A DNA stretch of 64,000 nt from an uncultured Chthonomonadaceae bacterium (lineage in GTDB: Bacteria; Armatimonadota; Chthonomonadetes; Chthonomonadales; Chthonomonadaceae): positions 64,001 through 128,000 of the forward strand of contig CAWIEK010000024.1 in NCBI GenBank assembly GCA_963835065.1. The letters run 5' to 3'. This document shows, piece after piece, positions 9,489 through 19,087 of this stretch. How positions within the stretch are numbered: position 1 is the first letter of the stretch; every line of letters starts with the position of its first letter. The position numbers and the translations under genes were made by a program. The notes below the pieces were generated by a model, which was not told the origin of the DNA, did not search any database, and saw only the letters and a program-made list of their open reading frames with translations.

Positions 9489-11006
9489 ATGATTAGCAAT
9501 GCTGCCAGCGTCAACGCCATGCTGCCCATTATCATTATTATGGTGACGGGCATGGTCGTGCTTCTGGCGGATGCCTGCCTGCCGTTCTGGCGGCGCATGG
9601 GTATCCTGAGCGGCAATGTCAGCCTGATTGGGATCGGCATTGCGGCAATCTTTTCCATCCTGCAGGTCAACGCCAACGATGTCAGCCGGTCAGCCTTTCA
9701 CGGCGCGGTCGCTTCGGATACCTTTGGAGCCGCCTGCAACCTGATTTTGCTGACCGCCGCAACCGTTGCCGTGCTGCTCGCGCTCACGTATCTGGAAAAC
9801 AAGCGGCTTAATTTGGGCGAGTATTACGCCCTTGTGCTGTTTTCCACGTCCGGCGCGATGCTGATGGCGGCGGCAACCGACTTGATCGTGTTGTTTGTGG
9901 CGATAGAAATTTTGTCCGTCGCGCTGTACGTGCTGTCGGGATTTGCCCGCACGGAACAGCGCAGCGAAGAGGCCGCGCTGAAATACTTTTTGCTTGGCGC
10001 GTTCGCCGCAGGATTTCTGCTGTACGGGATCGCGCTTGTGTACGGCGGCTCGGCGGGCGCGGTTGCGGGCGGGGGCGGAACCACGAATCTGATTGAACTG
10101 GAGCGCTCGCTGGCGCAGGGCGGGACGCCAAGCATGATGCTGATTTGCGGCATCGCGCTGCTGCTGGTCGGATTGGGCTTTAAGGCCGCGCTGGTTCCCT
10201 TCCACATGTGGACGCCGGACGTATACGAGGGCGCTCCCACATCCGTCACGGCGTACATGGCGGCGGCAGCCAAAATCGGCGCGTTTGCCGCGCTTTTGCG
10301 CGTGTTTACCGCGTTATCGCCGATTTCCGAATACTGGCTGATTGCGGTTCAGGTACTGGCGGTGCTGACGATGTTCGGCGGCAACATTCTGGCTGTCACG
10401 CAGGACAACGTGAAGCGTATGTTAGCGTATTCGTCTATCGCTCATGCCGGATATTTGATGGTCGCAGTATCGGCGGCGACGGATAATCGCGCAAGCGCGG
10501 CGGCGCACAATTCGGCCTTGAGCGCGGGCGTGTTTTACCTCCTCGCGTATACCTTGATGACGATGGGCGCGTTTGCCGTGCTGATTTACTTATCGCGGCG
10601 GGGCAAGGATTACCAGACGCTTGCGGATTTGAAGGGGCTGGCGCGTAAAGATTCGCCGTCCGCCTACCTGATGCTGGTCTTCATGCTGTCACTGGGCGGC
10701 ATCCCGTCCACCATGGGCTTCATCGGCAAGTGGTACATTTTCAACGCGACGGTGCAGGCGGGGCAACTGTGGCTGGCGCTGGCGCTTGGCGTTGCCAGTA
10801 TCATTTCCATCTATTACTATCTGCGCGTGATCGGCATGATGTGTTTTCAGGAACCGGACGAGGCAGGGGAACAAATTCACGCCACCGCGCCAACCGGCGT
10901 GATTATATCGCTGGCAATCACCGTAGGCGCGTCCCTCATATTCGGCATCGTGCCCCTGTTCCTGAGTCCGCTGTTGGCTGCCGCCACTAATCTGCTGCAC
11001 CACTGA
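9489..11006 (+). CDS. nuoN: NADH-quinone oxidoreductase subunit N
   Basis: SEEAALKYFLLG, FKAALVPFHMWTPDVYEGAP, KRMLAYSSIAHAGY, YYYLRVI. Confidence 0.97.
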   Translation: MISNAASVNAMLPIIIIMVTGMVVLLADACLPFWRRMGILSGNVSLIGIGIAAIFSILQVNANDVSRSAFHGAVASDTFGAACNLILLTAATVAVLLALTYLENKRLNLGEYYALVLFSTSGAMLMAAATDLIVLFVAIEILSVALYVLSGFARTEQRSEEAALKYFLLGAFAAGFLLYGIALVYGGSAGAVAGGGGTTNLIELERSLAQGGTPSMMLICGIALLLVGLGFKAALVPFHMWTPDVYEGAPTSVTAYMAAAAKIGAFAALLRVFTALSPISEYWLIAVQVLAVLTMFGGNILAVTQDNVKRMLAYSSIAHAGYLMVAVSAATDNRASAAAHNSALSAGVFYLLAYTLMTMGAFAVLIYLSRRGKDYQTLADLKGLARKDSPSAYLMLVFMLSLGGIPSTMGFIGKWYIFNATVQAGQLWLALALGVASIISIYYYLRVIGMMCFQEPDEAGEQIHATAPTGVIISLAITVGASLIFGIVPLFLSPLLAAATNLLHH

Positions 11007-11016
11007 GCAATCACAG

Positions 11017-11068
11017 GGACACGGCGCGGTATCGAACGAGGCAGCCCCGCGCTGTCTCGTTTGCTTTT
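11017..11068 (+). terminator. Possible intrinsic terminator after nuoN
   Basis: Imperfect stem gacacggcgcgg ... ccgcgctgtc followed by tttgctttt. Confidence 0.4.
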
Positions 11069-11151
11069 CAGGACATGGCAGGATAAAATAGAGGCAGTAC
11101 GGGCGTAGCGGTAACATAATAAACACCATTGTAGATGAGGAGCCGGCGGTT

Positions 11152-11526
11152 ATGAGTACAAACGAGCAAGGGGTAGGACGGATGCGCAATCATGGGGATA
11201 TTCCCGGACGCTTGATGGGCATGGTGGTGTTTTTCATCGGCGTGGGTCTGCTGCTGCTCGTCTTCAAGATCGCTTACGGCCTGTTTACCGCGTCTCCGGC
11301 GGCGGCCCTCGGCATTAACATCACGGGCGACCCGAAGCGCGACCCGGCCGCAATGGTCATTGGGCAGCAGTTCGGCTGGCTGATGGTAAAGATACTGCTG
11401 CTGTTCCTGATGAGCGTTGTCGCTTCGCTGACCGCGCAAAAAGGCATCAATCTGTATTTCAGCGGCGTACACGGCGGGCGCACGCACGAAACGAAACCCT
11501 CTGCCGCCGTCAGCGCGGACGCATAG
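11152..11526 (+). CDS. Hypothetical membrane protein (2 TM)
   Basis: 124-aa ORF with GAGGAG SD and two hydrophobic segments. Confidence 0.75.
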   Translation: MSTNEQGVGRMRNHGDIPGRLMGMVVFFIGVGLLLLVFKIAYGLFTASPAAALGINITGDPKRDPAAMVIGQQFGWLMVKILLLFLMSVVASLTAQKGINLYFSGVHGGRTHETKPSAAVSADA

Positions 11527-11553
11527 AAGGAACATGCAAAGGAGAAGATACTC

Positions 11554-12015
11554 ATGTCCGGCGAAAACAGTCTGAACGAAATTCCCTATACCGAGTACCA
11601 CATCATTGGTCAAGTTGTGCGGGGGCATCTTGAGGAGTTTAAGGATGCTCTGCGTGCCGTAATTGCTTTCGGGCCGCTGAAAACGTCCGGCCATACGCAT
11701 GACATTGATCTCTTGGAAGTTATTGAGAACTGGCAGGGGCCGCTCCGCTTTCAGGCGGAAAGCAGCGAAACCTTGCCTATGTACGGCAAGCTGTATTTGA
11801 ATGTTATCTCTCTGGATGATTTTCAGCTCAACGCTGCCCCACGCTCCTCAGACGTGGAGGAACTTTTTGAGCGCGTGATGCAGGGATATGAAATTATCTA
11901 CGAACATCCCACCGGTTTTGCCCGCGACAATCTGGCCCGGTCTGCCATGCAGAAACAGCGCAGGGGGGGGGCGCTGCTGGAAAATCCCATGTTTCTGCCG
12001 GTTGCCGGAGGGTAG
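11554..12015 (+). CDS. Minimal nucleotidyltransferase (MNT)-like protein
   Basis: AVIAFG(P)...HDIDLL resembles the pol-beta G[S]x8-10DxD motif; lies directly upstream of a HEPN gene. Confidence 0.6.
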   Translation: MSGENSLNEIPYTEYHIIGQVVRGHLEEFKDALRAVIAFGPLKTSGHTHDIDLLEVIENWQGPLRFQAESSETLPMYGKLYLNVISLDDFQLNAAPRSSDVEELFERVMQGYEIIYEHPTGFARDNLARSAMQKQRRGGALLENPMFLPVAGG

Positions 12016-12021
12016 CCGGGT

Positions 12022-12591
12022 ATGACCGCCACAACCACGTTTTCCGTGCCGCTTCCGGGTGACAGTGAAATGGCTCGCGCTTATTTCAGCGAAGCCATTC
12101 GCCATTTGCAGGATGCGCGAATTTTGCATGAGGCCGGTCGGTATGCAGGCGCAATCACGTCTGCTATGAAGGCTGCTGAATTAGGCTTGAAGTCTGTACT
12201 GATCCTTTATGGGGTTCGAGGTTGGCACGATCTGCTGACTCATCGTGTGATAGCGACAGTAAAAAGCATTTCTATATTGGATGACCTGATGGACGCCCTT
12301 AAAAGCCAGTATCCTTCCATAGTCTTAGAGGTAGAGGAGCTTGAACGGCTGGTTCCTGACCGGCAGAACCTGAGCAAATTAGCGCTGGCGGACGCGCAAA
12401 ACACAGAGTACCCTTTCTTTGCCGAGGAATTTAATCTGTCGCGCAATTACCGGCTCTATCTGCCGGAAATCCACTTCGATGAAGCCAAAAGCGTCACTTC
12501 CTTTCGCACAGCTTTGCGCCTGCTTTCCGCGATACAAGCCATTTCTCCTGAAGTCTCCGCCTGGGGGCTGATGTTAGGTTCCTCACTGTAG
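12022..12591 (+). CDS. HEPN domain protein
   Basis: EAIRHLQDARILHEAGRYAGA..A.KAAELGLKSVL...TH is a typical HEPN N-terminal helix pattern; GGAGG SD. Confidence 0.8.
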   Translation: MTATTTFSVPLPGDSEMARAYFSEAIRHLQDARILHEAGRYAGAITSAMKAAELGLKSVLILYGVRGWHDLLTHRVIATVKSISILDDLMDALKSQYPSIVLEVEELERLVPDRQNLSKLALADAQNTEYPFFAEEFNLSRNYRLYLPEIHFDEAKSVTSFRTALRLLSAIQAISPEVSAWGLMLGSSL

Positions 12592-12598
12592 GTAATGC

Positions 12599-12717
12599 AG
12601 GGAGTAGGGAGTAGGAAGCAGGCAGTAGAAATATCTGCTTCCACAAAGCTGTGCAGCACCGTAACAACTGACAATAACAGGGCCTCTACTCCCTACTCCC
12701 TACAGCCTACTCCCTGC
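12599..12717. repeat. Inverted pair of heptamer repeats (GGGAGTA)n / (TACTCCC)n
   Basis: agggagtagggagtaggaagcaggcagtag ... ctactccctactccctacagcctactccctgc. Confidence 0.85.
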
Positions 12718-12804
12718 TTTTTGAGGAACTATGCACACTCGTTATTTCGTATTGATACTTATGCGTAAGTAAATGTGCGGTTTGGAAAGGCAATACGGGG
12801 CAAG

Positions 12805-13158
12805 ATGAGAATACAATCGAACATGCTGGTGCATTTAGGATATGGCAAGTACGTGCGTTCGGATCGCGTGACGGCAGTGCTGCCGATAGAGGACGAGCGC
12901 GGGCCGGGGCGTAGAACCTTCGTGCAAATCGAGGGCGCAGCCGATCCACTGGTGGCGTCACGGGCGGAAGACTCCATTATCCGCGATCTGGTGCAGGAAC
13001 CGCGTGAAGTCACGCAATCCCGGCAGCAGCAGGAAATTCTGCGCGATCTGCTTCAGGATTTGGCGCAGGTAAACGGAACCGTCCGCCGCATTTCCCGCGA
13101 TGAGGGCTTGGACCTGGAAAAGTACGAGCGCCGTATCCGCGAAGTGGTTGAGGATTGA
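12805..13158 (+). CDS. Hypothetical protein with RemA/DUF370-like N-terminus
   Basis: LVHLGYGKYVRSDRVTAV resembles the DUF370 start (I.IGFGN.V...RI.AI); helical C-terminus. Confidence 0.55.
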   Translation: MRIQSNMLVHLGYGKYVRSDRVTAVLPIEDERGPGRRTFVQIEGAADPLVASRAEDSIIRDLVQEPREVTQSRQQQEILRDLLQDLAQVNGTVRRISRDEGLDLEKYERRIREVVED

Positions 13159-13181
13159 GAACAACTCTTTAGAGTGAAAGT

Positions 13182-13216
13182 AAACGCCGTCAGTGAATCA
13201 CTGACGGCGTTTTTGT
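13182..13216 (+). terminator. Intrinsic terminator
   Basis: 14-bp stem aaacgccgtcagtg / cactgacggcgttt with 3-nt loop, followed by a T-tract. Confidence 0.85.
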
Positions 13217-13624
13217 TATAGGGAATGCGCTTCGTAAACTACTCGCTCGCTCACCATCCGCTGAGGTAGCAACTTGGGTTATTATAACATATTGACATGG
13301 TAGGCAAAGACCATCGGGGTACGTCCTCTGTATGCTAACCGGTATCTGCTCATCAACCTGGTCAGGTTCTGTCAAGTTGAATCAAGTTCGGTCAGATTGC
13401 GCAGGCTGCGCAGGCTGACCCTTGCGCTCGAAAACATTAACGGGAATACTATTCTCAGTACGGTGTGGCGCAAAACTTCGCAGCAGGCCGGGAGGAACGC
13501 GGGAGCGCAAACAACGCGCCATCCGGTCATGCCGGAAACCGCCGCGCTTATCTTCAGCAGTGGCAGCGCGCCGTTCGCCGCCTGTACCGCGTCGTTTCGC
13601 AAACCGGAAGGGAGTATCCGCAGC

Positions 13625-14875
13625 ATGTCGAACACCGATCTTTTGTTACCCTCGTCCCAAGACGACTATGACAACGCGCTTGCCGCTTACAAAATAGACC
13701 TGAACGCTTACCGCGCGTTAAGCGACCGAACGGGCGAGGGCAAAACGCTTAACGAGATGGGCATTGTCTACTATGAGCAGGGCCTCTTTGACGAGGCCGC
13801 CACAGCGTTTCAACAGAGTTATACCATCTTCCACGAGCGCGAAAACTCCATCGGCCAGGCGCTGTCGCTGTTTAACCTGGGCAATGCCTGGACGTCGCTA
13901 AAACGCTATAACGAGGCCGCTGCCGCCTACGAGCAGAGTCTTGCCATCCGCCGCGCGCTAAATGACCAGATGGGCGAAAGCAAAACGCTGAACAACCTGA
14001 CCATCGTTTACAAGGCGCAGGGCCGCTATGACGAGGCTACTGCCGCTTACCAACAAAGCCTCGCTATCCGGCGCGGGAGCAATGACCAAATCAACGAGGC
14101 AAAAAAACTGAACAAGGTAGGTATTGACTGCTATGAGCAAGGCCGCTATGAGGAGGCGATTGCCGCTTATCAGGAGAGTTACGCCATTTTCCACGAGTGC
14201 AAAGACCCTGTAGGCGAGGGTCTGACGCTCCTCAATATGGGCAATGTTTACGAGGCGCAGGGCCGCTATGATGCAGCGCTTCCGCTTTACGAGCAGAGCC
14301 TTATTCTCAAGCGCGGGTGCGGAGACCGTATCGGCGAGGGCCAGGCGCTGAACAATCTGGCCGTTGTCTACAAAGCGCAGGGCCGCTATGACGAGGCCGC
14401 TGCCGCCTACGAACAGAGTTACGCCATCAAGCGCGAGACCAATGACCGTATCGGCCAGGGCAAAACGCTCAACGATTTAGGCAGCGTCTACCGATTGCAG
14501 CACCGCTATGATGAGGCGCTTGCCGCTTACCAACAGAGCCTGCGCATCAGCATCGAGTTTCAGGATCGCGACGGTGAGGGCAAGACTATCGGCAACCTGG
14601 GCATTGTCTACGAGGCGCAGGGCCGCTATAACGAAGCCGCCGACGCTTATCAACAGAGCCTTGCCGTCAAGCGCACGTCCCATGACCGCATTGGGGAAGG
14701 CCAAACGCTTTTCAATCTGGCGCTGTTCTATGAAGCGCACAGTGACAGGGCGCAAGCGCTCGCCTGCGCCCGCCAATCCGCGTATGTTCTGGCAACGACG
14801 AAAGCGCAGGCGGACTTGCAAAACGCGCGGGATTTGGCGGCGGCATTGGAAAGCGGCGCGATTATCCGTCAGTGA
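13625..14875 (+). CDS. Tetratricopeptide repeat protein (about nine 40-aa repeats)
   Basis: Repeating unit GEGxTLNNLGxVYxxQGRYDEAxxAYQQSLAI. ATG 13625 preferred over the TTG at 13397. Confidence 0.9.
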   Translation: MSNTDLLLPSSQDDYDNALAAYKIDLNAYRALSDRTGEGKTLNEMGIVYYEQGLFDEAATAFQQSYTIFHERENSIGQALSLFNLGNAWTSLKRYNEAAAAYEQSLAIRRALNDQMGESKTLNNLTIVYKAQGRYDEATAAYQQSLAIRRGSNDQINEAKKLNKVGIDCYEQGRYEEAIAAYQESYAIFHECKDPVGEGLTLLNMGNVYEAQGRYDAALPLYEQSLILKRGCGDRIGEGQALNNLAVVYKAQGRYDEAAAAYEQSYAIKRETNDRIGQGKTLNDLGSVYRLQHRYDEALAAYQQSLRISIEFQDRDGEGKTIGNLGIVYEAQGRYNEAADAYQQSLAVKRTSHDRIGEGQTLFNLALFYEAHSDRAQALACARQSAYVLATTKAQADLQNARDLAAALESGAIIRQ

Positions 14876-14953
14876 TAACTCCCCGGCGTAAACGACTTGG
14901 ATATTGTCGTGGTCGTAGTTTGATGCCCTTCTCCCAGCTTTTTGGGAGAAGGG

Positions 14954-15865
14954 CTAGGGGTTGAGAGCCGGTTCGGAACCACTTTCCAGAGCGGCAAACA
15001 TGCGGTTCGCGTAATCCAGATAATCAAAATCCGCCGGTCCGCGCTGCCCGGCGGCAATCAAGCCGTGCTGCACAAGCGCCCATCCCCCCTCGAACAAGCG
15101 CGCCACCCACTGCATGCTGCGCAGGTTCTCCAGCCCGTTGGGAGCGGTATAGCCGTAGACATCCAGCAGCGTTTGCTGTTCCGCTTCCGAATAGCCCCCG
15201 GCCATGCTGAGGGTTGCCAGATCGTACAGGCCATCCCCCCTCCCGGCAAACTCCCAATCCAGCAGCCATAACTGCTGCCCATCGTCCAGAAAGTTGTTGG
15301 CCCATAAGTCGCCGTGCGTCAGTCCCGGCGCAGCAACAGCGTCTTTGGATCGCGCCTGTGCGATGCGCTTCATGGTTTCCCAATGCGCGTTTAGATTTGG
15401 CGGCAATTCTACGGACAGCGCGCGCGCGCTTGCCAGCAGATACTCCACGCGCTCATAAATCGAGGTGTTTGCCTGCGCGTCCTGAACGTAGTGCAGGCGG
15501 CGCAGCACATCCGCGATACGCGCCATGTTGGACGGTTCTCGAAACTCTTCCGGCTTCCAGTGCCGCCCCGTAATGAACGGCATCACCATGCAGCCGCCCG
15601 GATCGGCGTATAGAATTTCCGGCGCTGCGCCCACGTTCGCCGCCGCCCGTGCCGCCGCAATCTCCTCGTCGCGCCGTATGCCCAAAAAGCGCGCCGTGTC
15701 CGCGCCGATGCGAACAAGGTACGCTTTGCCGTCCGCCATAACGCGATAATTGGCGTTGTTCAGACTAATTACGTCTTGCAGGGGCGCAATCTCAATGTCG
15801 GGCATACCCGCGAACAAGGGTATGCGGTCTACAAGCGCGCGAACACTTTGCGAAACTTCCTGCAT
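14954..15865 (-). CDS. Choline/ethanolamine kinase-like phosphotransferase (APH superfamily)
   Basis: SLNNANYRV, THGDLWANNFL, LLDWEFAG motifs. Confidence 0.88.
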   Translation of the reverse strand: MQEVSQSVRALVDRIPLFAGMPDIEIAPLQDVISLNNANYRVMADGKAYLVRIGADTARFLGIRRDEEIAAARAAANVGAAPEILYADPGGCMVMPFITGRHWKPEEFREPSNMARIADVLRRLHYVQDAQANTSIYERVEYLLASARALSVELPPNLNAHWETMKRIAQARSKDAVAAPGLTHGDLWANNFLDDGQQLWLLDWEFAGRGDGLYDLATLSMAGGYSEAEQQTLLDVYGYTAPNGLENLRSMQWVARLFEGGWALVQHGLIAAGQRGPADFDYLDYANRMFAALESGSEPALNP

Positions 15866-15900
15866 CCTGCCTCCCTCATGCTAACTTATTAGACAGAGCG

Positions 15901-16465
15901 TTATTCGCGTTTGCTCACGGCTATTCCTGAACTCACCTGAATTCCCCCTGCGCAGTCCGTATCCGCCTGCGTAATCGCAATGCCCATGCCTGCGTACATC
16001 AGGCGGCTGTAGCGGCTGTGCTTGCCGAAAAAGCGGCGGGTTTCATGGTCGGGATAGTCGCGCCACAGGCGGGGCGGAACAATCGTCACCTGACTCAGTT
16101 CCGGGTGTCCCTCGTGGCCGTAATACAGTTGCAGGATACGACGCTGATTGTCGGTTTGACGGCGCGTGAAGCCATACACGGTCGCGCTGTTGAACAAGAT
16201 GGCCGTTCCCGCCTTGCCGTGCAGATAGACTGAGCCGCCGCGCTGCAAGTGCGCGTCCTGTTCCAGAAATGGGACCGCTTGCGGGTTCGGGGCTGACGGT
16301 AAAGCAGTGCGTCGTTTCGTCCACATCGGTCAGGTACGCGATCACCTGCGGGTATTCCAGATGCAGGGGATGCTCCGGCTAGTAACAGGTGTCCCGATGC
16401 CAGCCTGTCGGCTTCGCATCCCCCGGTTCTGTGACCTGAACCGATAATTCCTCAAAGCACACCGG
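15901..16465 (-). pseudogene. Phytanoyl-CoA dioxygenase (PhyH)-like 2OG-Fe(II) oxygenase remnant
   Basis: Read across the lesions: PVCFEELSVQ..GWHRDTCY*PEHPLH..VIAYLTDVDE..(frameshift)..GKAGTAILFNSATVYG. In-frame TAG at 16379-16381, +1 shift near 16270, no start codon (TGA TAA just upstream). Confidence 0.75.
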
Positions 16466-16666
16466 TTATCAAATTTTCATTAAGCCCGTTCCCTGTGTCT
16501 GACTGTCAAACCCCATCCGTCGTTCCCGGCAGATGAACCGTTTCAGTGGAACGGGTATACTAAACACACGTTGCCGAAAAGATAGAAGACAGAAGGCAGC
16601 AGGCAGAAGACAGAAACCTAATACCCAAACACCTGAACACCTGTATCTGAAAAGAGAACACCGGCA

Positions 16667-17524
16667 TTGAAAATCACCAAAGCTGTTATTACCGCTGCGG
16701 GGCGCAATCAGCGCGCCCTGCCCCTGCAAATGCTGATTGACCGCGACGGCGGGCAAAAATCCGTGCTTGCCATTCTGCTCAACGAGGCGTGGCAGGCGGG
16801 CATGGAAGAGTGCTGCGTTATCATTTGTCCCGGTGACGAAGCCGCGTATCGAGAGGCGGCGGGCGAACATGCGGCCCGGCTGCATTTCGTCGAACAGTCC
16901 GAAGCCCGCGGGTACGGCCATGCCGTGTATTGCGCTCGCGAATGGCTGGCCGGCCAGCCGTTTCTGCACATGATCGGCGACCACATCTTTGTCAGCGCTA
17001 AGGGCGATTGCTGCGCGCGGCAGATTGTCGCCGCCGCCGAGTCGCAGGACTGCGCCGTTTCGGGCGTACAGCCCACGCGGGAAACCCTTCTCCCCTTATT
17101 CGGCACGGTCGGCGGGCAGCGCGTAAGGGGAACGCAGAACTTATTCACCGTGGAACAGGTCATAGAAAAGCCCACACCCACGCAGGCCGAGCAAACGCTG
17201 TTCGTACCCGGCCTGCGCACAGGGCACTATCTGTGCTTCTTCGGCATCCACGTTCTGACGCCGCCCGTGATGACCCTGCTGGAAAAGCATATCGGGCAGG
17301 CGAACGGCGCAGGTTCCATTGCCCTGTCGCCCGTCCTCAACGAACTGGCGCAGCACGAGCGGTATCTCGCCCTGGACACGCATGGACGCCGCTACCCCTT
17401 AGACGCCCGGTACGGCCTGCTCACCGCCCAACTCGCCCTCGCCCTCAACGGACAGGACCGCGAAGAAGTTCTGGCGGGACTGTGCGAGTTGCTCGCGCAA
17501 CGGCAGGCCGGAATGACCGCGTAA
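16667..17524 (+). CDS. UTP-glucose-1-phosphate uridylyltransferase-like sugar nucleotidyltransferase
   Basis: KAVITAAG, EQSEARGYGHAV, IGDH, VIEKP motifs; TTG start. Confidence 0.8.
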   Translation: MKITKAVITAAGRNQRALPLQMLIDRDGGQKSVLAILLNEAWQAGMEECCVIICPGDEAAYREAAGEHAARLHFVEQSEARGYGHAVYCAREWLAGQPFLHMIGDHIFVSAKGDCCARQIVAAAESQDCAVSGVQPTRETLLPLFGTVGGQRVRGTQNLFTVEQVIEKPTPTQAEQTLFVPGLRTGHYLCFFGIHVLTPPVMTLLEKHIGQANGAGSIALSPVLNELAQHERYLALDTHGRRYPLDARYGLLTAQLALALNGQDREEVLAGLCELLAQRQAGMTA

Positions 17525-17562
17525 GAACACAAGGATTTGCAGATTAAGGAGTTTGTAGAGTT

Positions 17563-18672
17563 ATGAAAGTAGGCATTATTGGCTTGCCGCAAACGGGCAA
17601 GACCAGTTTGTATAACGCGCTCACGCGGTCACAGGTGGATTTGAACCGCTTCGGCGCGGCGGAAGTGAACGTCGGCGTGATTCCCGTTCCCGATCCCCGT
17701 TTCGATTACGCAGTGGCGCAGTGCGAGCCGAAGAAAATCACGCCCGCCGTGATTGAGTTTACGGAAGGCGGGGCGCGGGTGGAGCGGGACGAGAACCGGG
17801 GGCAGGGGGCGCGGGACAAGTTCGGCACGGACTTTTTCGCCAATGTGCGCAACATGGACGCGCTTGTCCTCGTGGTGCGCGCCTTTGAAGACAGCGCCGT
17901 TCCCGCGCCACAGGGCGGCGTCAACGCCCGCCGCGAAGCCGAGCAGATATTGGAAGAACTGCTGCTTGCCGACCTGGGCGTCGTGGAAAACCGGCTGGAA
18001 AAATTGGAAAAAGCGCGCCTGCAAAAACGGCAGACGCCCGGCGAAGCGGCGGAACATCAGGTTATGACCCGCATCAAGAACCATCTTGACAGCCTGGAAC
18101 CCATTCGCTCCCTCGAACTGTCGGAGGATGAAAAGCGCTCCCTGCGCGGCTATATGTTCGTGTCGGGCAAGCCGTTGATTCTGGTTGCCAATGTGGGTGA
18201 GGACGAAGTGGGGGAAGAACTGCCCGCTAAAGTCGCGCCCCTTGCCGCTTACGCGAAGGAGAATGGCATCCTGCTCGTCACGCTGTGCGCCAAAGTGGAA
18301 ATGGAAGTGGCGCAAATGGAGCCTGCCGAAGAGCGCGAGTTTCTGGAAGCGATGGGCATTGCCGAAGCCGCCCGTGACCGCCTGATTCGCGCCGCGTATG
18401 CCGCCCTGGGACTGACCAGTTTCTTCACGGTGGGCGAAGACGAGGTGCGGGCGTGGACGATCACGCGCGGCACGAACGCGGTGGGCGCGGCGGAGAAAAT
18501 CCACAGCGACCTGGCGCGCGGCTTCATCCGCGCCGAAGTGATGGCGTTCGAGGATTTCCAAAGCGTCGGCGGCTGCTGGGACGAAGCCAAAGCCGCCGGC
18601 AAAATGCGTTTAGAAGGCAAAGAATACCCTGTCAAAGACGGCGACATCATGCACGTCCGCTTTAAGGTGTAG
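17563..18672 (+). CDS. ychF: Redox-regulated ATPase YchF (OBG family)
   Basis: KVGIIGLPQTGKT, FFTVGEDEVRAWT, IHSDLARGFIRAEV, RLEGKEY.VKDGD. Confidence 0.93.
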   Translation: MKVGIIGLPQTGKTSLYNALTRSQVDLNRFGAAEVNVGVIPVPDPRFDYAVAQCEPKKITPAVIEFTEGGARVERDENRGQGARDKFGTDFFANVRNMDALVLVVRAFEDSAVPAPQGGVNARREAEQILEELLLADLGVVENRLEKLEKARLQKRQTPGEAAEHQVMTRIKNHLDSLEPIRSLELSEDEKRSLRGYMFVSGKPLILVANVGEDEVGEELPAKVAPLAAYAKENGILLVTLCAKVEMEVAQMEPAEEREFLEAMGIAEAARDRLIRAAYAALGLTSFFTVGEDEVRAWTITRGTNAVGAAEKIHSDLARGFIRAEVMAFEDFQSVGGCWDEAKAAGKMRLEGKEYPVKDGDIMHVRFKV

Positions 18673-18832
18673 AGGCTCTGCTCGTGCCATTCAAACTATC
18701 TTCATCAAGTGAGCCTGTTGAGCGTTAGTTGAGCGTTACTAGAACAGCGTCTGCTTGAACATTCAGCGCAGTATTAGCGCTCAAAAATCGAAACATGGTA
18801 TCATAATCCTATTCTCTTCAAGGAGGCTTGAC

Positions 18833-19087
18833 GTGCCTGCAAGTTCTGAATTAAGGTCGCTTACTCTTCGCATACCCCCGAATGTTTACGAAGCGTCTCG
18901 TCGCATTGCGCATAAGCGTGAAGTCAGTCTCAATGCCTTGATACAGGCAAGCCTGGAAGCGTTGATTCAAGCGGAAGAAGAACGGGCCAGTTATGATGCG
19001 TATACGCTTTTAGGGCAGGATGCGGCAGAGTGCAATGTCGAGTACGCCATTCATGCGCAGGCGGAGGTGATGCTGCGCGATGAGTGA
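18833..19087 (+). CDS. Ribbon-helix-helix antitoxin (HicB-like RHH)
   Basis: AGGAGG SD then GTG; LTLRIPPNVYE...A...EVSLNALI RHH pattern; acidic tail; overlaps toxin start. Confidence 0.75.
   Translation: MPASSELRSLTLRIPPNVYEASRRIAHKREVSLNALIQASLEALIQAEEERASYDAYTLLGQDAAECNVEYAIHAQAEVMLRDE

Noticed and set aside
13681..14760. TPR repeats as a diversity-generating retroelement target
   Set aside because: No reverse transcriptase or non-coding template repeat is in the window, and differences are not confined to adenines.
12013..16381. Two in-frame TAG-CCG contexts suggesting amber recoding
   Set aside because: TAG is a normal stop for many genes here, the HEPN gene has its own SD and ATG, and the PhyH remnant has other lesions.
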